Of a stretch of DNA of 64,000 nt, positions 45,301 to 57,300 are shown one piece after another. Both the position numbers and the translations under genes were made by a program. Each line of letters starts with the position of its first letter. The stretch's first letter is position 1. Under the pieces are notes generated by a model. That model saw only the letters and a list, made by a program, of their open reading frames with translations, had not been told where the DNA came from and made no database searches. Origin of the DNA: Macrostomum lignano (Eukaryota); assembly GCA_002269645.1 (NCBI GenBank), contig NIVC01000109.1, positions 62,001 to 126,000 of the forward strand, written 5' to 3'.

Positions 45301-48300
45301 ATGGAGCGTGCCAGGATGCTGGCAGAAGTCAGCCTGTCCGACGTGATTCGCGATATGGACTCGGGCCCTGCGCCTCCACCACCGCCACCACCGACTGAGG
45401 TTCAGCCTGCGGCCGAAGTCAGCCTGTCCGACCTGATTCGCGATATGGACTCAGGCCCTGCGCCTCCACCACCGCCACCACCGACTGAGGTTCAGCCTGC
45501 GGCCGAAGTCAGCCTGTCCGACCTGATTCGCGATATGGACTCAGGCCCTGCGCCTCCACCACCGCCACCACCGACTGAGGTTCAGCCTGCGGCCGAAGTC
45601 AGCCTGTCTGACCTGATTCGCGATATGGACTCAGGCCCTGCGCCTGCACCACCGCCACCACCGACTGAGGTTCAGCCTGCGGCCGCTAATGAAGTACTGC
45701 AGCAGCCAGCACCTCTCTGCATCCAGCTGGTTCTGCCCAACAGTGTTACGGGTGAATATTGGATTGACTTGGGAGGGGCTTTCCGTATTCGCCTGAGCAA
45801 TTCTCAATTCTAAACTAATAATTCTAATGTACCAGTCGTTAAATATTAAATTAGCAAACATTTTGTGTTGAATTAAATTGCGAGATGATTATCCGTATAT
45901 TGCAAAAGTGAATAATATTTATTTTTCTTTTCAACATCTCATTGCTATTTTTAAAGTTCATATTTATGCAGGCAGTGCGCGTTGATCAAGCTGTGCTTGG
46001 GTGTGAATGCAGATTGGGTTTGATTCTGTTTGGGTTTGCAATCTCCTTCTTTAACTTGTGCTTCTAATAATGTAGCGTATCATTGCATTTTTAAAATATA
46101 AATTTTAAAGCGCAATGAAGCGCAGAATTTTGGAAAAGTTTGCAGCTTTGAGTTATTTTGAAATATTTTTAGAATTCGTTTTATAAGACCCTTTTATTAA
46201 ACCCTTTTATTAGACCCTTTATTAGACCCCGAAATTTGGCACGTAACGACAAGACCCGAAGTACAACTTTCGAAAATATGTACACTTAATACGAGCGTAT
46301 ATCCACAAATTAGGGATTTGAATTTACTTTTGCAAGAAAAAATAATTTCACAAATATGTATTTCAGCAAATTTCCTCATCTAATTCTCATCGAAAATGCT
46401 CTAAGCCGTGTCATCAACCGAACCGAGATGGCTTCTTCGAGAGACACTTCATCATCATCATCAGCAAGTGATCGGCCGCTTGAGTCTACCAATTTTGCTA
46501 TCGAAATCGAACCAACCAGTGAGTCAATCCAATGTGATTAGTAAAGCCAGTAAAGTAGACTCTTCCCTCTATAAGTACAAGAAAAAGTAGTCATAAAACC
46601 CGATTCCTGATTCGCCGATTCACCGATTCCCGATTCACGGATTCACCGATTCCCGATTCACCGATTCACTGATTCCCGATTCACCGATTCACCGATTCAC
46701 TGATTCACCGATTCACCGATTCACTGATTCCCGATTCACCGATTCACCGATTCCCGATTCACCGATTCACCGATTCACTGATTCCCGATTCCTGATTCAC
46801 TGATTAGCGATTCACCGATTCCCGATTCACGGATTCACCGATTCCCGATTCACCGATTCACCGATTCACCGATTCACTGATTCCTGATTCACCGATTCAC
46901 TGATTCCCGATTCACCGATTCACTGATTCCCGATTCACCGATTCACCGATTCACTGATTCCCGATTCCTGATTCACTGATTAGCGATTCACCGATTCCCG
47001 ATTCCCGATTCACCGATTCCCGATTCGCCGATTCCCGATTCACTGATTCCTGATTAACCGATTCCCGCACCATAATGAGGTGGAATTAGGATTATGATTT
47101 ATAAATTTTAACTGTCCAATATCTCTAGCGCTGCTTCGCCCCATTAAACCGGACTCATCAGCTTCCATTTCAGACTCCCTTTCGCTCATTGCATCGAAGA
47201 ACAGTGACTCAGAGTTGGCCAGCAGCTCATTCATGCGCTCAACCAGTTCCTCCACTCTAGCAAAGCGTCCGGGTTGAAGAACCAGGGCCTCATGCTCTCT
47301 TCCATCTGAGACAGTGAAGCAGTAAGGCTCGTCAACATTGAACCATGCAGCAGGCAGATGGATTTCAGCCAGACCTGCCTCATAGTCCACATTTCGATCC
47401 AAGTAAATAGGTGAAGGCAGGTGAAAATGAAAGTCACTAGGAGTACCTTCAGCATTTTCGCTACAAATGATGATGCTTCTCATAGTTGGGAATGGCTGCA
47501 CAATGTCGGTATCTTACACTTTTCTTAAGTCCTTCTCATCCACCCAGTCAGTGGACTTGTAGCCGGCCCACTTGACGAGATATCGGATCTTTCCCTTCCG
47601 CTTCTCAGTCTTCAGAACCTTCTCGATTACATACAGCCGCTGCGAGTCTGGAACAGCTTGCAGCTCATGCTCGTGGAAGAGGCCTCTAATGTCTTCCCCC
47701 TTCATGTCTCGAATCCTGTACATGTAGGGATAATGCTTTGGTGCCCTAAACACTATGGTGTACACCTCCTCGCTCCAGTTCGCCTTGTATCCCTTCCTGA
47801 AGAGTCTGGGTGCATTGGAAATTCGCACTGATTGGTTTTCACAGAACTTCGGTTTTCTCAGTTTCTCAACTGTCTCAATCGCTTTCCCATCATAAAGGTT
47901 CATCCACACTTCAGTCTCGTTTGCTTTGCTGACATTCATTGGTGTAGTCTTGATGCTTCTGTGGAAAGTATTGTTATAGGACTTGACCAGTTTAGGCAGC
48001 ACATCAAGCCATTGTAGAGTGCTGTTGTGAGTAAAGTAACGCCACATCTTGCTTTTTAAAGTTCGATTCCATCTTTCAATTATGGCTGCTTTGTGCTCAC
48101 TGCTAGTTGGAAACGCCAGAATCCCCCGGTCTATGCAGAATTGGCGAAAAATTGCGTTGACAAACTCCTTTCCCTGATCTGTGCGGACAGTGCGCGGCTG
48201 CCGCTTTGAGCTCTTCAGCATGCTCTCAAACGCAGATTTCACTTCTGCCGCGCTCTTAGACTTCAGTGCTCGGGCCATTGCAAATTTAGACAAAACATCA

Positions 48301-51300
48301 ATGCAGGTGAGAATGTATTTATGCCCGCGATTATACTTTGCAAACGGAATCATTTCCACCAGATCCATCTCCCACTGATCATCAATGGCCCTCACTATTA
48401 TTGGCGCCCTTGGAAATCGTACTCTAGCTGGCTTATGCAGAGTGTGTACTGGCTGCTGACTTAGCCACTTCTCAATGCTCTTGACTCCAATATGCTCGCC
48501 TCTTTTTCGCAGTTCATGTTGCAGTTTTGAAGAACTGCAATAGCTCGCAGGCTGATTTGGATTGAAATAAATTTTTTCCATTTTCAGAAACAAAGAAACA
48601 TTTTTTTTTAGGTTTTCTTAAGACATTGAAAATGTACGAGTATAGCGCATGTGAAAGCAAGCATATATTTTTTATTTTCAAACAAAGAGATGGAAAGCAG
48701 GTCTGGATAAAAAGCTCGTAGCACAGAGTTTGTCTCAATGTCAGAGGGTCTGCAATCAGTCGAAGCACGGCCTGGGCAGCTTCATGGCGTCCAATCTGCG
48801 CAGAGCGAACGGCGGCTGCTTGCGTTTCCTGGCGTTCTCAGCGGCTGCTTGAGCTCGGAACTGGTACCAGACTGGGTCCTCTTGCAGATCAGTGTCCTGC
48901 CGAGGAATCGCTCCAGCTGCTGGCTTGGTCAGTTGCAGAGGCGTTGAAGTGGCAAACGCTGTGTCGATTTGCAGATTGGATGGCATGCCAGCCACATCGC
49001 CAGCAGCAGCAGGAGCATCGTCCTCCGCCTTCACTACCGGCTTGGTCTCTTCCGCGTTTTCGCCAGCACCGTCTTCATTTTCGATGCTGTTGGAGGAAGA
49101 TCCCGACTCCAGCTCGTATACATCGGAAATCTCACGTGGAGCCGATAGCTGCTCGTCGATCCAATCCGCGTACTGCCACAGCTTTCGCCACAGCGGCGGT
49201 GTCAGCGGCACGGTGTTCCGCTTAAGAAACTCGTCGCAGCAGTCCTCCGGCAATCGCTTTAACCAGATAATGCCGTTTTTCACTTCGATGAACTTATCGA
49301 AGCCGAGTTTGACAACCTTTGGCTGTTTGTCCAAGGCCGCCTTGACAAGCGATCGCTTCAACTCCTTGAGCTTCTCCCACTGACGGATGTTCAAATTGAA
49401 GCCGGGACTCCAGGTTTCAAACTCGCAGTGCTGCCATGTCGGTAAAATTTTCTGATAGCAATGAACATAACTCCTTCATACTCCTGTATTTGGAGTTTAT
49501 ATCCTTCGCCGATGTCCATGACTTAAAATCTAACAGAATAAACTATCTCGTCGAAAAAAAATCGTTTTTTCATGAATCAAAGAGATTTTTTGGTCCTTAT
49601 ATAGACTAAACCACTGCAGCAGACATACAGCAATAGAAAAACATAGGCCTATGTTCTCTCACTAAGGCCCCATGGAATTTCCATGGCTTTCCCTGCGGCA
49701 GAGTCCACCAATGCATTTACATAGGCGCTATGTTTACACACATAGGCCCGTGGTTTTCCCACGGAAATTCCTGCGGCAGAGTCCACATTTCCCCTACTAC
49801 TATGGAGGAAGAGTCGGAGACATGGTAGGGCGAGTCGATTATATGGAAGGGCGAGTCAGGGGTATGGAGGAAGAGTCGGGGACATGGTAGGGCGAGTCGA
49901 TTATATGAAAGGGCGAGTCAGGGGTATGGAGGAAGAGTCGGGGACATGGTAGGGCGAGTCGGGGACATGGAAGGGCGAATCGATTATATGAAAGGGCGAG
50001 TCGATTATAAGGAAGGGCGAGTCGATTATAAGGAAGGGCGAGTCGGGGATATGGAAGGGCGAGTCGATTATATGGAAGGGCGAGTCGATTATAAGGAAGG
50101 GCGAGTCGATTATAAGGAAGGGCGAGTCGATTATAAGGAAGGGCGAGTCGATTATAAGGAAGGGCGAGTCGATTATAAGGAAGGGCGAGTCAGGGATATG
50201 GAGGAAGAGTCGGGGACATGGTAGGGCGAGTCGGGGACATGGTAGGGCGAGTCGATTATATGGAAGGGCGAGTCAGGGGTATGGAGGAAGAGTCGGGGAC
50301 ATGGTAGGGCGAGTCGGGGACATGGTAGGGCGAGTCGATTATATGAAAGGGCGAGTCAGGGGTATGGAGGAAGAGTCGGGGACATGGTAGGGCCAGTCGG
50401 GGACATGGAAGGGCGAATCGATTATATGAAAGGGCGAGTCGATTATAAGGAAGGGCGAGTCGATTATAAGGAAGGGCGAGTCGGGGATATGGAAGGGCGA
50501 GTTGGGGATATGGAAAGGAGAGTCGGGGACATGGTAGGGCGAGACTGACATCGAAGAGACTCTCGGGGCCATTATGCAGCGATAGGGAAGAACGACTTCG
50601 CCATCAAGAAATCCAAGGTCATCACACCTCACCGAACAATGCTGCAGGCGTTGGCGTCAACATAACAGCCAAGGAGATTTCTGACGCCTGGCAATCTTCC
50701 GCATACAACAGACAAGGCTGCTTCCGTGACTCATCAGCCAGACCATGGCAATGGGACTATTTTCACTCCAGCAACACTCCAGATGCTTCTGGCTACCAGT
50801 GGCTGCTTGTGAATCTTGCTCGATGTGTTTCAGTGCGCTCTGTGATTGTCCACCGAAGGAATGTCGGTGAGTTGTCAATTTCAAGTAGCTGTTTAAACTA
50901 AATATTCAAATGAACAGCCATTTTACATCATACCTGATTATATAGCTAAAGTTTCAGAAAAAGTCAGGGCCCAGGGCATCGAGGTTCTGCTCGGCCACCA
51001 GATGCCGGCAGGTCTGACTGAGAGTCCACTTGACTGCATCGCGAGTTTCAACCACAGTCTGATCGAATTTCACCTGTGCGGAGTCACTGGAAACTTTGGC
51101 AACTCGAACTTTTCATACAAAGTAACCTGCGCAACTCGGGATTATTCAAAGGTTTGGCACCCGCTTACTGGATCCATTCGATATTCGAACTCGCTGTGCT
51201 CACTTTTGAATCCCATTGCAGCTGCCGAGGTTCGTGTTGCTGAGGAAATTCGTTGCCAATGCAGCCGACAAGTACATGAACTTCGTGATGGTGGAACTTG

Positions 51301-54300
51301 AGGAAGATGAACAAGATGAAGCACAGGAGTCTGGCTGCTTTAGAGAATACTTTTGCAAGCCAGAAGGCAGACAAAGATGCTCTGTTGAACAGTTGTCAGA
51401 CCTGACGCAAAATGACAAGGTGATGGTTAAAGAGTCGCTGCCGTGCCACTCAGACAAGCCTGACTCAGTGAACTGCAGCATCAGAACCCGTAGCGGTGAC
51501 GTCACGGCCCTGAGCATCGTAAGGACTGAATCGAAATCAAATTGCAGTGTAAAAATGTAAAACAGTTTTACATTAAAGTTTCCCTTCAATCGTACAGAAG
51601 ACTTATAGACCAAGTTTCCTGATTCTGAACGACATTACCATGACTTGGGATATGCACGGTGCGTCACTGCAGTGCCGGCACAGCTGCACTGATGAAGTTC
51701 TGGCGGTGACTTCACAGACGTTGGGACTCCGCGGTTGGAAGTCAATCAGTGAGTTCTGAATGTGGGGCGTTGACTCTATTCTGGGGATTTGTTGGGGAAG
51801 TAGCGAGCTGTTTGTGTTCTGGGGAATTTTTTGGGGAAGTAGCGAGCTGTTTAAGTTCTGGGGAATCTTTTGGGGAAGTAGCGAGTTGTTTGTGTTCTGG
51901 GGAATTTTTTTGGGGAAGTAGCGAGCTGTTTAAGTTCTGGGGAATTTTTTGGGGAAGTAGTGAGCTGTTTGTGTTCTGGGGAATTTTTGGGGAAGTAGCG
52001 TGCTGTTTGTGTTCTGGGGAATTTTTGGGGAAGTAGCGAGCTGTTTGTGTTCTGGGGGAATTTTTTTGGGGAAGTAGCGAGCTGTTTGTGTTCTGGGGAA
52101 TTATTTTGGGGAAGTAGCGAGCTGTTTGTGTTCTGGGCAATTATTTTGGGGAAGTAGTGAGCTGTTTGTGTTCTGGGGAATTTGGGGAAGTATCAAGTTC
52201 ATTGGCCCCAGTGTTGCGCATAAACTCTGAAAATTTCAGAAATTCCATCGTCCATTCAGCTGAACCTTGGCTTCACTAAGTACTGGGTGGTCAACAGTAC
52301 TGCAGTTTTCACATTCATCACTCAAGGCTCGTTTCCAATGCCTGTGCACAAGTGTTCGGTGGCATTGTCTGTATCGAATTCATTTAATTCAGCTGAAGAA
52401 CTAAAGGCAAAATCTGAAGTGAGAGTAAAACTTTCATGTTCGCAATTTTTAAAGACTTTCAAAAAAATCTTTCATTACCCGTATCGATAAATTCTTTGGC
52501 ATTTTGAATTTTAGAAACTCATCACAAGGAGCAGCAATGCTAGCTTTGACCTCGTCTCGTACTTCAGCGTTCCAGTATCGCTGAGCTATCAGAACGGAAC
52601 CGTATATTGCAGCATCGAGTGCAATAGTCAGACCATAACAACCGTGTCAGCTGAGATACCTGAGATAAAGAGTGAGTCAGCTCTCACTACTGATTGACAC
52701 AGCAGCAATGCTCATCCCACCAACGTCCTGAACCCTTCTAGAGCCCTGCATCACTCGGTTTCTGCTTCCGCCAGACTCCAGCTGGACAGACGGGGCGACT
52801 GTCAATCTGACAGCTGACTCATATCAAGGGAACTGGGTGACGACCAGTCATAGCTGCTTTCTGCAGTCAGAGGGAGTCCCGAACTCGACACTGCGGATTG
52901 TCTCGGTGAGTTTACAGTTTTGCCGCCGAGACCTGCAGAAAGAATGGTGTGAAATGAACTCATTCCAGAGCACAAACTCGATCAGCACATTCTCTGTAAC
53001 TGTGAGCAGACGGTGGGGCAGCAGCGCATCCGTTGCGTGTCTGGTGAATCAGTCGGGACTGATCGAGACCTGGGCCCGGCATCCGCTGCCAGCTGCTCTG
53101 TGTGAGTCACTTGGTGGACATTTGCTTGCGGCAGTAAAATATGACCCGAATTAATCACGAAAATAAAAAAGACGAAATCAAGAACTACTAAAGTAGATAC
53201 AAACTAACTTCTAGTGGTCCTTGAACTTGAACGGAACCTGCTCTTTCACTTCGGTTGACAAACATTTGACTGACTTTTCGTATGCACTCGCCATAAAATA
53301 AGCCTCTTTCCTTTCTTTTTTGATGACCGGTTTTTTATGTACATGCATTGTGATATTTCGGAAGTCAAAGTTAGAGGTGCATGACGCAATGAGATTTAGT
53401 GCTAATTACTACGGTGGTATGCTGCAGTAGACAGCAAAGAGTTGCTACAAGTATGAGTAAGAGGCCATGGAGCTGACCTGCTAATTACTCATGAAGTTCC
53501 TAAGAGTGCAGTCTTCTATCTCTGCAAGGCACCAATGCATAGCCATTCTCGACACAACAAACGATAGCAATATGCATTCTTACTGTAAATGAAACTTAAA
53601 TTACCGCAGACCCCGTGCGGAGCGCCTCCATCAGGCTGGCCGCACCGCAGATCCGAGCGAATTCCTCAGCTCAAATTCTGCTGCTGGCCTCTGACCGCGG
53701 AAATCCTCCGGCTCGGCACAGCTGCTCTGCTTCCGGAAGGAATCTCACACAGATAATGGTAAGGCTGTAGTTTTCAATATTTGACTGACAGGTGATACAT
53801 GACAATAACCTCGTTCCCTAAACTGATTTCAGCCTCCATCTGCATCAAATGCTTCATCTCTATGGACACTGAACGCTCTGGCCAGAGACAACGGACAGCA
53901 AATCCAATGTGAACTCTTGCAGATGACTGAAAGCAGCAGAGTTTTGTTTCGCAAGTCAGCAGTCAGTGACAAACTCAATGTGCTCTGTGAGTTCGGGTCC
54001 TTTTTGCTTCACATTGTCATGATCCTGAGTGAATGGAACGCAATTCAAATGAATTGATTTTGTTCAACAGATGCGCCAATCAGCTCGTGGACTGCAACTC
54101 AGTCTCTGGTGATGAAGGAGGGCGAGCCCGTGTCAGTCTCAGTTCGGTCAGTCGGTGGCAACCCTGAGCCCAGTCACCGGTGCTGGCTGCGGACAGCTCA
54201 GGGTGGGAATATAAGCATGAGCAGCACTGATGGAACTCATTCGGATCAGACAGGCAGCATAGCGAAGAGCACGAGCTTCATCGCGAACTCCACAAGGCGG

Positions 54301-57300
54301 ATGGACGGCGGCTCAGTGGCGTGCAGCGTCTCTCAGACCGGCCTCGAAGATCTGAGCAGCAATTTTCGGCAAAACATCACCGTTTTCTGTAAGCATAAAG
54401 TTGACTTTTTTACACAATGATTATCAAAAATTTATTTGAAGAATGCCGAATTCTAGTGCTAATTGCAAGTAGTAAAAATGTACGCGTAAAAACTACGAGT
54501 ACATTGGCAATGAGTTTCTTCAGGCGGAAGTTGAGTGGGATAAATGACTCAAAAACAGGGCAATGAAATTGGAGTGAAAAATATTTAAAAACCTTGCAGA
54601 CCCAGTGCGGAGCGCCTCCATCAGGCTGGCCGCACCGCAGATCCGAGCGAATTCTCCAGCTCAAATTCTGCTGCTCGCCTCTGACCGCGGAAATCCTCCG
54701 GCTCTGCACAGCTGCTCTGCTTCTGGAAGGATTCTCAATCTTTTAAAGGTAGGGAAAACCATTTTAACAGTGCTGTACGTTTCTTATTTTCGCTCTCAGC
54801 ATCCAAAACGGGTTTCAGCCTTCGACATGTCTGAATGCGTCATCACTCTGGACGTGGAACTTCCCTACCGATGACTCTGGACAGAAAGTCTACTGCGAAA
54901 TCGTTCAAACTGCCAAAGATGGTTCGACTTTATTCAATCAGACTTTTAGCAGCGGCCGAGTCGAACTTTTTCGTAAGTTTTTTGATTCTGACAAAATACG
55001 AACCTACTTGTATGTTAAATCTATGGTTTATGTAAGTATTGTTTCTAAACCTGCGATATCTATGAGTATCATACATAGTATATGCCTTTCGCAAATTTTT
55101 CTTTTGTAATTTGAGAGGAGGTTATACCCTAGTGGTTAGAGCGTCGGACTTACGACTGAAAGGTCGGGGGTTCGATTCTCTACCGACTAGGAACAATTTG
55201 TGTCCTTGTGCAAACTCTGCATTGCTTCAGTTCACCCAGATGGGGTAACTGAGGGTGTGTGGTGACCCCCCCCCCCAGTCCTTGGACTGGACAGCCGTAC
55301 GCAGCCTTCAGATGCGCCGCGCAATGGCTGCGGCTGAGCTGTCGGTTGCACATCTGGCCAATTGGGGCAGGTGTAATCAATTATTATTGTCAGTATTTAG
55401 CTACTTAAGTAATTGACATAAAAAACCGATTACTGATAAAATGATTGACCCTCTTTTTTATCAGCATTAAAACAAAGAAAACGTCTACAGAAATTTTAGC
55501 CGCAAACCTTCATTCCAATTTTCAGTCTTGGCCAACAACTCACTGACGTTCAGTCCCAGCGCGTTCATTACTGAAGGCGACAATTTAACCATCACAGCCG
55601 TGTCAGTTGGTGGCAGACCACCCGTGAGAAATGTCACCTGCTGGGCTGGAGGGACCCTGCTTCAGGTTTGCTTTTACCCAGCTGTTATTAAAGTATGTTT
55701 TGGTTTATTGTAACCTCATTATTCACGAAAACTTATCCATTGGCAGGAAACTGCACCATCTAATGCGTCTCTAGCACCAGACCGGTTTGAAAAGCAATTC
55801 ATGCTGAATGCGATAACACGCAAGTACAATAGAAGGACTCTAAGCTGTGCATTTGAGCAGGATGACAAGTTGGCGCAGTGGATAAACACGACTCTTGATG
55901 TGTTCTGTAAGTTGCACATTTATCTTAAGTTTTAAGCCTACATTATCATAAGCTGTTAAAATAATTTTGAACCCTCGCAGATGCGATCCGAAACGCATCG
56001 ATCAGTTTATCCTCAGCTCGAGTTCTGAGCGAATCTGCTGTGAGTTTCACCCTGCAGACATCGGATTCGGAAAATCCACCAGCTCGACACTTTTGTCACC
56101 TGGCTGAGAGGACGCTTCAACAAGCGGTACGTAGAAATTGCACCAGAATGATCGGAGCAGATAATCGTAAAAGTAATGCAATAAATCAAAACTTTTAGAT
56201 CCCAGCTTCCAACAACAACTCATCGACTTGGAGATTCACGCCTGCTGCCAGTGACAATGGAATGCGGATCAAATGTCAAATTGTCCAAATTGCTCAAAGC
56301 GGTTTCACTGTTTTTCATTTACTAGTGAGCAGTGAGATGCTCAATGTGCTGTGTGAGTTTGTAAAGGCTCTTTCCGAATTTTTATTGAGTTTAACTATTA
56401 AACGGGACATGTCTATAGTACTTTAGGGCTGTACACAGTATAAAGTCAAATGGGGTTGTAGCCTAGCGGTTGGAGCGTCGGACTCACGTTTGATAGGTCA
56501 GGGCTACGATTCCCGTTCCACTCGGAGCAATTTGTGTCCTGAGCAAGACACTTAACTCTACATTGCTTCAGTTCTCCCAGCTGTAAAATGGGTGCCAGCA
56601 TTAGCTAGGGTAATTGAGGGTGTGTGTGGCGGACCCCCCCCCCAGTCCTTGGACTGAACAGCCGTACGCAGCCTTCAGATGCGCCGCGCAATAGCTGCGG
56701 CTGAGCTGTCGGTTGCACATCTGCCAATTAAGGCTGCTCATTTCTTTCAGATGAAGCAAAAACTCAATGGACTGCTACTCGGCTGCAACTACTGAGAGAG
56801 GGCGAGCACCTCTCAGTCTCCGTGAAGTCCCTGGGTGGCAACCCGGAGCCCAGCCACCGGTGCTGGCGGCAGACAGGCGATGGTCCCGTAGTGAGCTTGC
56901 ACAATCGTGTAAAGCAAGTCAAAGAGGCGAACCAGCTCGAGACCAGCTTCGGCACGAAGGTTGAAAAGTGGATGAACGGCGGCCATGTAGTCTGCAGAGT
57001 CAAGCAAGATGGACTGCGAGACCGAGTCTTCCGGAAGAATATTTCCGTGATCTGTGAGCGGTCTTAACTTGAATATAAGTTGATCTACAAGTATCTAATG
57101 CCATTAGACTTCTAAGCACTACCGACTCAAACGTCTGATCCTCCCGCAGTCCCATCGAACTGGATCAGCTGGTCAGGCCAGTTGGTGAACGGGTCCGACC
57201 TCAACCTGACAGTGGAAACGGGCGAAGGTAATCCAAAACCGGTTCTGAAGTGCACCCTGAACTCCGGCAGATCAGACGGCGAGAGACTTACGGTTTGAAC

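Larger units (their letters stand above)
44171..45813 (+). pseudogene. Maverick cargo ORF (~364 aa reconstructed): N-terminal Cys/His zinc-finger-like motifs, poly-Q and four 30-aa Pro-rich repeats; split by a LINE fragment
   Basis: Deleting 44721-45268 joins ORF 44171 in frame to ORF 45232-45813 (...EMQQQQQRRAIPVPEK...). N-terminal motifs are CVTC...HH and CHEC...HKNH. Confidence 0.65.
43061..49801. mobile_element. Maverick/Polinton, internally deleted (6741 bp)
   Basis: ~134-bp TIRs starting AGTAGTAG, a perfect 6-bp TSD ATGGAG (43055-43060 and 49802-49807), a retroviral-like integrase with chromodomain, and a partial minor-capsid-like ORF. No pPolB, ATPase, protease or major capsid ORF is seen. 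Confidence 0.93.

Noticed and set aside
49394-49470. Programmed -1 frameshift in the PC4-like gene
   Set aside because: The AAATTTT run is not in the X XXY YYZ register of the upstream frame; a simple 1-nt loss or sequencing error is more likely.
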